64,000 nt of DNA from NCBI GenBank assembly GCA_963822445.1, contig CAWGHO010000001.1, positions 800,001-864,000 of the forward strand. The letters are read 5' to 3'. Origin of the DNA: an uncultured Acidobacteriota bacterium. GTDB taxonomy: Bacteria; Acidobacteriota; Thermoanaerobaculia; Gp7-AA8. The position numbers and the translations under genes are program-made. Under the pieces are notes generated by a model. It was not told where the DNA came from and made no database searches. It saw only the letters and a list, made by a program, of their open reading frames with translations. Of this stretch, positions 1-7,367 are shown one piece after another. Position 1 is the stretch's first letter; every line of letters starts with the position of its first letter.

Positions 1-650
1 TTGGCCACGTGGTAAATGATGATGTCCGAAAGAATGAGTCGTGCCAGGCGACGGGCTTCGTCGATCTCGCGCGATTCCACGGGAAACTCGCCCGTGTGGC
101 CGACCTCGGGAAAGAGCTTGCGGATGATCTGGCGGAACTCTTTCTCCGGAATCTGCTCTTCGATGTATTCGTCCGCGCCGTAGAGATTGGTCGGATTCGC
201 TCGGAAGCGGTTCGCGCGAAAGAGAGCGCCAATGAGGATGACCCGAGTCTGCTCGAGCGTCGGATCGGCTTTGATCTCTTCGGTGACTTCCACGCCGAGC
301 TTTCCCTTGAGGTAGACGTTGACGATCACGAGCTCGGCGCGGGTGCGGCGGACGAAGTCGAGGGTCGGATCGCCGGTCTCGAAATAGGCAACTTCGAATC
401 CGAGGCGGCGGAGGTGCTCGCCGAGGAACTGGCGGAAGGGGCGGGGCTCATCGGCGATGGCGGCCATGCGCCGGCGGGGGATGTTCGCCGGCTCCGCGGG
501 CTCCGGAACGGCGTGCATTCCGCTCGCTGTGCGCGGCTTGAGAACCATCTGGTATTGACAGCGCGGGCAGGCCACGCGGACGGGGGACGTCAGCGGGAGA
601 GCTATCGCTGCCCGAAACGTCGAGCCACATTTCTTACAGGTCAGGTCCAT
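1..650 (-). CDS. Zn-ribbon + atypical receiver domain protein (3' end beyond window)
   Basis: Manual translation from ATG at 650: MDLTCKKCGSTF...VACPRCQYQM (two CxxC), a receiver-like segment AAIADEPRPFRQFLGEHLRRLGFEV...ELVIVNVYL...YGADEYIEE, then ARRLARLILSDIIIYH. The frame is open to the window edge; not in ORF track. Confidence 0.85.
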   Translation of the reverse strand, partial: MDLTCKKCGSTFRAAIALPLTSPVRVACPRCQYQMVLKPRTASGMHAVPEPAEPANIPRRRMAAIADEPRPFRQFLGEHLRRLGFEVAYFETGDPTLDFVRRTRAELVIVNVYLKGKLGVEVTEEIKADPTLEQTRVILIGALFRANRFRANPTNLYGADEYIEEQIPEKEFRQIIRKLFPEVGHTGEFPVESREIDEARRLARLILSDIIIYHVA

Positions 651-671
651 TGCTGAGTTATCCGGAGGGGG

Positions 672-1364
672 TCACGCCGTGGTCGCCGCGAGCGCCCTGC
701 TGTCGAGTAGCTTGTCCAAATCGAGCAGGATCGTCAACGCGCCGCCGGCGCGGAAGACGCCGCGGACCGATTCGTCGAGCTCCGTGGCGTGTACGACCGG
801 GTGGGGCTCGATGTCGGCGGCGGCGGCTTTTACGACTCGTAAAACGCGATCGACGACGAAGCCGATCATCTCATTGTGGTAGTCGATCACGACGATGCGC
901 GTGTCGGCATCTTCGGAGGTTGCCGCGGCGTGCCGCAGTTTTCTTCGAACATCGACGAGGGTCACGATCGTGCCGCGCAGGGAGATGATCCCGAGCACGG
1001 AGGTGTCCGCGTTGGGGATGCGCGTCAGCGGACGCGGCGTGACGATCTCGATGATCCGCTCGATGTTGACCGCGTACTGCTCGCCGGCCATGACGAAGGT
1101 GAGAAGCTCGAGCTGGGTGGTGGTGGTTTCGACGTCCGCGGCTTTCGCGATCTCGCGGCGTTTGCCGGCCTGGGCTTTGAATTTGTCGAGCTTACTCGGA
1201 GCGCCGGCGTCCCCGCCGGCTGGTCCGCCGCCGTCCTCGGCGGCTGAGGGCAGGGGTGGTGGTTGCGGTGCCTCGGCCGGCGCGGACGCCGGCGCAACAG
1301 CCGCCGGGACGGCGGCGTTCCCCTTCTCTGCTTTCTTCTTCCTGATCTTCACCAGATCAACCAT
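672..1364 (-). CDS. cheW: Chemotaxis coupling protein CheW with Pro/Ala-rich N-terminal extension
   Basis: LLTFVMAGEQYAV..., TRIPNADTSVLGIISLRGTIVTLVD, GFVVDRV: CheW signature. Confidence 0.93.
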   Translation of the reverse strand: MVDLVKIRKKKAEKGNAAVPAAVAPASAPAEAPQPPPLPSAAEDGGGPAGGDAGAPSKLDKFKAQAGKRREIAKAADVETTTTQLELLTFVMAGEQYAVNIERIIEIVTPRPLTRIPNADTSVLGIISLRGTIVTLVDVRRKLRHAAATSEDADTRIVVIDYHNEMIGFVVDRVLRVVKAAAADIEPHPVVHATELDESVRGVFRAGGALTILLDLDKLLDSRALAATTA

Positions 1365-2169
1365 GCGCGGCCTCCATGCGGTGTTCCCGGGCAGCGCTGC
1401 TGACTCGCGTCGGGTCGATCACCTCGGCATCTTCGCCGAAGGCGTCGAGTAAGGCTGTCGTAGCGAGGGTGTTGATCAGGCGGGGGATGCCGCCGCTGAG
1501 GGAGTGGATCTCTTCCATGGCCTTGCGATTGAACGGGTTTCGCGTGCCGCCGGCGACGCGGATGCGGTGCTCGATGTACTCGATGGTCTCCTCGAGCGAC
1601 AACGGCCCGAGAGAATAGCGCAAGCCGATGCGCTGGCGGAGGGGCTTGTAGGCCTCACGATCGAGCCGGGCGTCGAGCTCGGGTTGGCCGATCAGCACGA
1701 CCGACAGCAGGTTCTGATCATCGAGCTGAAAGTTCGTCAACAGGCGAATCTCGTCGAACGTCGCCTTCGACGGAATGAGCTGGGCCTCGTCGATCATCAG
1801 CACCGGCTCGCGCTTCTCCTCGTACAGCTCGTACAGCTTCGTGTGGATCTGATCGAGGAGGTCGTTGCGAAACCGCGCCGGCTCGAGGTTCAGGCCGCGG
1901 GCGATGGAGCGGAGAAGCTGCGTCGGTGTGAGGCGTGGATTGATCAGCAGAATGATCGGACGCGATTCGCCGACGCGATCGATCAGGGCGCGGGAAAGCG
2001 TGGTCTTGCCCGAGCCGATGTCGCCGACGAGCAGGGCCAGCTCCTTTTCCTCGACCGCGTACTCGAGCCTGGCCAGCGCTTCCTTGTGCTGCTTCGACTC
2101 GAACAGGAACGACGGATCGGGCGTCTTGCCGAACGGCTTCGCGCTCAGGCCGAAGAATTCTTCAAACAT
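1357..2169 (-). CDS. ExeA/GspA-family AAA+ ATPase (ATPase domain only)
   Basis: MFEEFFGLSAKPFGKTPDPSFLF start, Walker A GDIGSGKT, Walker B LMIDEAQ, LIGQPEL, SGGIPRLIN. Confidence 0.92.
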   Translation of the reverse strand: MFEEFFGLSAKPFGKTPDPSFLFESKQHKEALARLEYAVEEKELALLVGDIGSGKTTLSRALIDRVGESRPIILLINPRLTPTQLLRSIARGLNLEPARFRNDLLDQIHTKLYELYEEKREPVLMIDEAQLIPSKATFDEIRLLTNFQLDDQNLLSVVLIGQPELDARLDREAYKPLRQRIGLRYSLGPLSLEETIEYIEHRIRVAGGTRNPFNRKAMEEIHSLSGGIPRLINTLATTALLDAFGEDAEVIDPTRVSSAAREHRMEAAHG

Positions 2170-4192
2170 GGGCGGCCTGGGCGCGGACCTCGCGGGCCCG
2201 CCCTCCGAAGTGATCGATCAGCGATCCGACGTCGACCACCAGCACGATCTCGCTCTCGCCGATCTCCGTCGCGCCGGCGATACCGGGGATGGTCTTCAGC
2301 CGCTCGCCGATCGATTTGATGACCACTTCCTGCTGACGCACGAGGGCGTTGACCAGAATGCCGACGGTCTTCTCCCCCGCCCGCGTCACGACGACGAACC
2401 ATTTCGTGTCGGGACCATGATCGTGATCGTCCTCGAGTCCGAACGCGTCGGCCAGACGCAGCAGCGGCAGCGTGTAGTCGCGCAACGTGAACACCTCGCG
2501 GCGCTCGACGGTGCGGATGTCGCGCGAGTAAATCCGCAGCGATTCTTCGACGGAGGTGAGGGGGATGGCGAATTGATCGCCGCCCGCTTCGACGATGAGG
2601 GCCTGGATGATGGCCAGGGTGATGGGCAGCGAAACGCGGAAAGTCGTTCCTTCGCCCACCCGTGAAATGACGTCGATGGTGCCCTTGAGCTCCTGGATGT
2701 TCTTCTTCACGACGTCGAGGCCGACGCCGCGGCCGGAGATCTCGCTGACGGCGCTGGCCGTGGAAAAGCCGGGCGTGAACATCAGCTCATACGCGCGCTG
2801 CTGATCGACGACTTCCTTTTCGCCGATCAGACCGCGGGCGACGGCGACTTTGCGGATCATCTCCGCGTCGATGCCCCGGCCGTCATCGGTCACGTCGAGG
2901 ACGACGGAGTTGCCCTGCTGATACGCGTTCAGGGTGATGCGGCCGACGGGATTCTTCCCCGCGGCGCGCCGCTCTTCCGCCGATTCGATTCCGTGATCGA
3001 GGGCGTTGCGGATGATGTGCATCAGCGGGTCGGTCAGCTCTTCGACCATCATCTTGTCGAGCTCCGTATCCTCGCCGCGCAGAATCAGCTCGATCTCTTT
3101 GCTCAGCTCCCGCGCGGTCTTGCGCACCGTGCGGGAGATCTTCGAGTAGATCTGGCCGACCGGAACCATGCGGATCTCGATGACCGACTTCTGCAGCTCG
3201 TTGAGCTTGCGATCGAGATTGCGGGAGATCTTCCCCAGCTCGTGCGAGGCCATGCGCGCCTGCTGCTGAGTCATGGCCCGGGCCAGGGTCTCGAGCTGGG
3301 TCTTCTCGATGATCAGCTCGCCGACGATGTTCATGACGTGGTCGAGACGGGCGATGTCGACGCGCACGGTCTGGGAGAGCGAGCGCAGGGACATCTCTTC
3401 ATCGGGCGCGATCGCTTCCTGCGGCACCGTCGCCGCTTGTGGAGCGGCCACGACGCCTTTGCGCAGCGACGTCACTTTCGCTTCCGGAGCAAGAGCGGCG
3501 ACCGCGGCATCGTTCAACGTCGAGCCGTAAAGCAGACGGAAGGCGATGCCATTGACGTTGCCCGTGGGAATCGCAGGAAGCGTGGAAATGACCTCGCCTG
3601 CATCGACGAGGCTGGCGGTCAACGCGCGGAGGCGCTCGTCGAAGTCGGAGAAATCGAAGGTGACTTCGAGCGAGAGGATGTGCTTTCCGCTGCGCACATT
3701 CTCGAGCAGGCGGTGCTCTTCGTACTCGGTCAGCGACTTGCGGGTCTGCTCGTCGAGGGTGATCTCCGCCAGCGGATCATCGTGCTTCTGCTGCGGCTGA
3801 TTGGTGATGATGTGATGGATGCGCCGCGTGAGGGCGGTCATGTCCACCAGCCCGGCCAGCGAGGAGTCGTTGATGGAGATGACCAGGCGATTGAGGCTGT
3901 CGACGGCGTCGTAGAGCAGGTCGATCAGATCCTTGGAGATCTCGATCTTCCCCATCCGCAGCTTGTCGAGCATGTCCTCGAGGTTGTGGGAGAGCTCGGA
4001 GATCTCGGAAAAACCGAGCATGCCCGCCAGGCCTTTGAGCGAGTGGACCTCGCGGAAGATCTTGTTGACCAGCTCCGGCCGGACGTTGCGCCCCTGGGTC
4101 TCGAACTCGACGAGATCGCGCGAGAGCGTGTCGAGCAGCTCTTCGGCTTCGCTGGTGAACTCCTCGCGGGCTCGATCGTCTTCGCGGGTCAT
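2162..4192 (-). CDS. cheA: Chemotaxis histidine kinase CheA
   Basis: Hpt FREVHSLKGLAG, dimerisation VRVDIARLDHVMNIVGEL, HATPase HIIRNALDHGIE/DDGRG/SGRGVGLDVV, C-terminal CheW domain. Confidence 0.97.
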   Translation of the reverse strand: MTREDDRAREEFTSEAEELLDTLSRDLVEFETQGRNVRPELVNKIFREVHSLKGLAGMLGFSEISELSHNLEDMLDKLRMGKIEISKDLIDLLYDAVDSLNRLVISINDSSLAGLVDMTALTRRIHHIITNQPQQKHDDPLAEITLDEQTRKSLTEYEEHRLLENVRSGKHILSLEVTFDFSDFDERLRALTASLVDAGEVISTLPAIPTGNVNGIAFRLLYGSTLNDAAVAALAPEAKVTSLRKGVVAAPQAATVPQEAIAPDEEMSLRSLSQTVRVDIARLDHVMNIVGELIIEKTQLETLARAMTQQQARMASHELGKISRNLDRKLNELQKSVIEIRMVPVGQIYSKISRTVRKTARELSKEIELILRGEDTELDKMMVEELTDPLMHIIRNALDHGIESAEERRAAGKNPVGRITLNAYQQGNSVVLDVTDDGRGIDAEMIRKVAVARGLIGEKEVVDQQRAYELMFTPGFSTASAVSEISGRGVGLDVVKKNIQELKGTIDVISRVGEGTTFRVSLPITLAIIQALIVEAGGDQFAIPLTSVEESLRIYSRDIRTVERREVFTLRDYTLPLLRLADAFGLEDDHDHGPDTKWFVVVTRAGEKTVGILVNALVRQQEVVIKSIGERLKTIPGIAGATEIGESEIVLVVDVGSLIDHFGGRAREVRAQAAHV

Positions 4193-4227
4193 GGAACCGG
4201 AGCGATGTTAGCGGGTTTTCTACGCTG

Positions 4228-4307
4228 CGAGGTTACGGGGTTTCGAGGTTTCGGGGTTACGAGGTTGGAAGGCACCCCGTAACCCCGAAACCCCGTAACC
4301 CCGTAAC
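4228..4307. repeat. Inverted pair of tandem octamer arrays (CG[AG]GGTT[AT])x~5 / (ACCCCG[TA]A)x~4
   Basis: cgaggtta-cggggttt-cgaggttt-cggggtta-cgaggtt, spacer ggaaggc, then accccgta-accccgaa-accccgta-accccgta-ac; ends right at the stop codon of the upstream minus-strand gene. Confidence 0.9.
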
Positions 4308-5762
4308 TTATCCGCGATACGCCTCGTCCTGCTCGATTCGCGAAAGGATCCAGGGAAAGTCGCCGGTGGTGATCTTGCCGCCGCAGTATTCGCAGATCGC
4401 GGCCTGGCCTTCGGCGCGAGACGCGCCGCAGTTGGGACAAATCCTGCCGTCCGCGCTGCCGGCGGCCCGGCCGCGCACGAACGTCCAGTACTCGCTCCAC
4501 CGGCGGCGGCGTTGCGAGGAGCCGCCGATCACGTCGCCGGCCTTGTTGAGGGCGTAGTCGCTGCCCGAGGCGTAGAGGCGGACGGTGATAGCGTCGAAGA
4601 AGGCGTCGCTGGCGACCTTCACCACCTCCGTGTTGTCGATCGTGTAGCCGTCGACGATGTTGCGCACGTCCTGGCGGAGGTATTCGTCGATCCAGTAACG
4701 ATGCATCTGGAAGAGCGCATCGGTCTCGAGCGGTCGGGCGCGTTTCCAGTCGCGCGAGGTCCAGGCGTTCTGCAACTCCGTGGCGACGAATCGCGCCCGT
4801 TGGTCGAACGCTTCCCAGCTGAACGCGGGATGGCGCTCGACGAAGGTCTTCATGTGGCGAACGATCCAGGGTTGGTTGACCGTCGGGCGATCGAGCCCCG
4901 GCTCCTCACCCGAACCGCCTCCGCCGAGCTGCGGCGGCCGCTCGTCCTTGCTGACCACTTTGATCGCCGTGAGGAACCAGTGGAAGGTCCCGTCGGCGAT
5001 CACCGTGCCGCAGTGGAGGCATGCGCCGTCGGTGCGCGTCTGCAGCGCCGCGCCGCATTTCGGGCAATGCTCGGCCTTTGCTTTTTCGGGTGCGGGCGAC
5101 AGCAGATCGCGGGCGCGGGTCAGCGTCCACAGCTCGCGCACATACCACCGTCGCGTAACCCCCGCAGCAACCTCGGAGTAATTCGCCTCGAGCTCGACAT
5201 CCGCCTCGACACGCGCGCCCTCGAGGCCGCGGAAATTGATCACGCTGAAGCTGCCGACGACGATCGCGTCGATGCTGGTGAGCCCCGCCGGCGCGTGTCG
5301 CTTCAACCCCTCGCGAACGGCGGCGCTGACATACGGCGCGAAGTCGTCGACGCGGCCGCGGCCCAGGGCTTCGTAGAGGCGGGCGAAGAGGCTGTAGCAG
5401 AAATCGGTGAAGACGATCTCCGAGAAATTCGGATCGAACTGGCGGAGCGACTCCATGCTCGCCGGCTCCGCGCGCGTGGGGGCAACGGTCAGCAGGCGCA
5501 CATTCTCGGCCTTCGTGTTGTTCACGGCGCCGACGACGATGAACACCATGAACAGCAGGAAGACGAGCGCGGGCGGCGCTCCGCCGGAGGATGAGCCACC
5601 ACCCGACGAACCGCCGTAGCTCGAGCTGCCCGAACCAGACGAGGAGGACGACGAAGACGAAGACGAGGAGGAACCCGAATACGAATCGCCGCCGCCGATC
5701 CGCGCTTCGGCAACGAGCGTCGTGAAGAACGCCAGCGCGAGAATCAACGCGATTCGTCTCAT
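4308..5762 (-). CDS. Tim44-like domain protein, duplicated (Tim44-like + double Zn-ribbon) x2
   Basis: Signal peptide, ARIGGGDSYSG poly-Ser tract, TM helix, DPNFSE...ELWTLTR followed by CPKCG..CLHCG, then HPAFS...EYWTFVR followed by CPNCG..CEYCG; ends WILSRIEQ. Confidence 0.8.
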   Translation of the reverse strand: MRRIALILALAFFTTLVAEARIGGGDSYSGSSSSSSSSSSSSGSGSSSYGGSSGGGSSSGGAPPALVFLLFMVFIVVGAVNNTKAENVRLLTVAPTRAEPASMESLRQFDPNFSEIVFTDFCYSLFARLYEALGRGRVDDFAPYVSAAVREGLKRHAPAGLTSIDAIVVGSFSVINFRGLEGARVEADVELEANYSEVAAGVTRRWYVRELWTLTRARDLLSPAPEKAKAEHCPKCGAALQTRTDGACLHCGTVIADGTFHWFLTAIKVVSKDERPPQLGGGGSGEEPGLDRPTVNQPWIVRHMKTFVERHPAFSWEAFDQRARFVATELQNAWTSRDWKRARPLETDALFQMHRYWIDEYLRQDVRNIVDGYTIDNTEVVKVASDAFFDAITVRLYASGSDYALNKAGDVIGGSSQRRRRWSEYWTFVRGRAAGSADGRICPNCGASRAEGQAAICEYCGGKITTGDFPWILSRIEQDEAYRG

Positions 5763-6382
5763 GCGAGCTGAATCTCCGGTGCGTTGGTCAGCTCATCGGG
5801 ATTCCCGTCATCGGCAGGAACGTCACGCTCGAGAATCGCGCCGAAAGCACGGATCGCCGCGATGACCGCGTCGGAATCGATGTCCTGATCGCGATGCAGG
5901 TCCGCGGTCGCGGCGTTCCAATCCGTCGCGTTCACCCTCCGCAGCAGACCGCGGTCGGCCACGACTTCCATCCGCCGCTCCAGCAGAGAAACGAACAGCA
6001 GGACGCCGGTCTCGGCAGACGTATTCGCAACACCGCGCTCCTGAAACGACGCCGCGGCGTGCGTTCGCACGGTCTCCAGACGTTCGCGGCGCGTCGTGAA
6101 CAGCCGCCTCAGGCCAGCACTGTGCCGCGAGATGGCAATGCCAATCACGTAGAACGCGATCGGATCGAGGATGACCGTGATCGGCGGCACGACCCAGGGC
6201 ATGAACACGAGAACGGCCAGCGACACGATCGCGAGCGTGGCCGCGAATCGCGAGTCCGCATGCGCATACGAACCGGAACGCGCGCGCACATCGACGATCA
6301 GCTCCGCCGCGGAGCGCTGCTCCAGATCGCGCACCGCATCACCGATCGCCCGCGCGGCCGCGGCATCGAACGACATGTGCAC
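5759..6382 (-). CDS. TPM-domain membrane protein
   Basis: IGDAVRDLEQRSAAELIV, two TM helices, GVLLFVSLLERRMEVVADRG, NPDELTN: TPM family pattern. Start may be ATG 6376. Confidence 0.8.
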   Translation of the reverse strand: MHMSFDAAAARAIGDAVRDLEQRSAAELIVDVRARSGSYAHADSRFAATLAIVSLAVLVFMPWVVPPITVILDPIAFYVIGIAISRHSAGLRRLFTTRRERLETVRTHAAASFQERGVANTSAETGVLLFVSLLERRMEVVADRGLLRRVNATDWNAATADLHRDQDIDSDAVIAAIRAFGAILERDVPADDGNPDELTNAPEIQLA

Positions 6383-6389
6383 GGGCGGT

Positions 6390-6980
6390 TCAGTCCCTCG
6401 AGACGGGAGGTGTCGTCGGAACGGCGGTGCGCAGCCTTCCGCCGAGGGACATGCCGCCGGGTGCAGCGCCGGCCTTGATCTCGTCGGACTCCCACTCTTC
6501 GTCGGTCTTGAACCGAACCTCGGTGGTGTTCTTCATGAGCGGCAAGGTCTTGTCGCCGACGACGTACTCGACCTCGAGGCTGCGGAGGTTCCAGTTGTCC
6601 GCGCTGTCGAACGGGCCGATCCGGCCTGTCTTGAAGTGCAGTCCGAAGCGATGGATGTCGCTCGGAAGCACGCTGAGGTTCTGCGCTTTCAGATCCCACT
6701 CGAGGGTCTTGCGCATGCCGTTCGGAAAGCCCTCGCACGCCGGATTGCCGGCTGGATCGCGCCGGCAGTTCAGACCCTTCGATTCGATCCGCTTGCCGTC
6801 TTTTGTGATGAGGAACGCGGAGACGACGCTGTTGCGGCGAAGGTCATCGTTACCGGTGACGGTCTTGATCCGGATGCGGCTGATCGTGGAACGCTCGCTT
6901 CGCGGCGGCGCGACCGTGACCTGGGAGATGACTGGAAGGGCTACGAGCAGGACGGCGGTGAGCAGCAGGATTCGGCGCAT
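6390..6980 (-). CDS. Secreted hypothetical protein
   Basis: Signal peptide MRRILLLTAVLLVALPVISQ; co-oriented and tightly packed with neighbours. Confidence 0.75.
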   Translation of the reverse strand: MRRILLLTAVLLVALPVISQVTVAPPRSERSTISRIRIKTVTGNDDLRRNSVVSAFLITKDGKRIESKGLNCRRDPAGNPACEGFPNGMRKTLEWDLKAQNLSVLPSDIHRFGLHFKTGRIGPFDSADNWNLRSLEVEYVVGDKTLPLMKNTTEVRFKTDEEWESDEIKAGAAPGGMSLGGRLRTAVPTTPPVSRD

Positions 6981-6989
6981 GCGCCCGTT

Positions 6990-7367
6990 CTACGCCACTT
7001 TCAGCAGCCGCCGCAACTTCTCCACCAGATCCCCAGCCTGAAACGGCTTCACCAGATACTCCTCGGCACCCAGCGCGGCGGCGCGGCGGCGATCCTCTTC
7101 ACTCGATTCCGTGGAGATGACCATGATCGGGATCGAGCGGTAGATGGGATGGTTCTTGAGGAAGCTCACCAGCTCCAGGCCGTTGATGTCCGGCATGTTG
7201 ATGTCGGTGAGGATGGCGTCGAACTTGTGGTGAGGCAGGGTCTTGAGGGCCTCGAAGCCGCTCGCGGCCTCGACGATCTCGAGGTCGTAGCTCTCCGTCC
7301 CTCCCTCGATCACCGTCGTCAGATACGCCCGCATCGACGATGAGTCTTCGACAACGAGAATCTTCAT
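6990..7367 (-). CDS. cheY: Single-domain response regulator (CheY-like)
   Basis: ILVVEDS, ILTDINMPDINGLEL, ST, YLVKPF: all receiver residues present. Confidence 0.9.
   Translation of the reverse strand: MKILVVEDSSSMRAYLTTVIEGGTESYDLEIVEAASGFEALKTLPHHKFDAILTDINMPDINGLELVSFLKNHPIYRSIPIMVISTESSEEDRRRAAALGAEEYLVKPFQAGDLVEKLRRLLKVA

Noticed and set aside
9-656. Plus-strand 215-aa ORF
   Set aside because: Antisense shadow of the minus-strand Zn-ribbon/receiver gene; no motifs
4228-4307. Possible CRISPR or mini-array
   Set aside because: 8-nt tandem units without unique spacers; no cas genes
5630-5675. GACGA[AG] microsatellite-like tract
   Set aside because: Encodes the poly-Ser linker of the Tim44-like protein; in-frame low complexity
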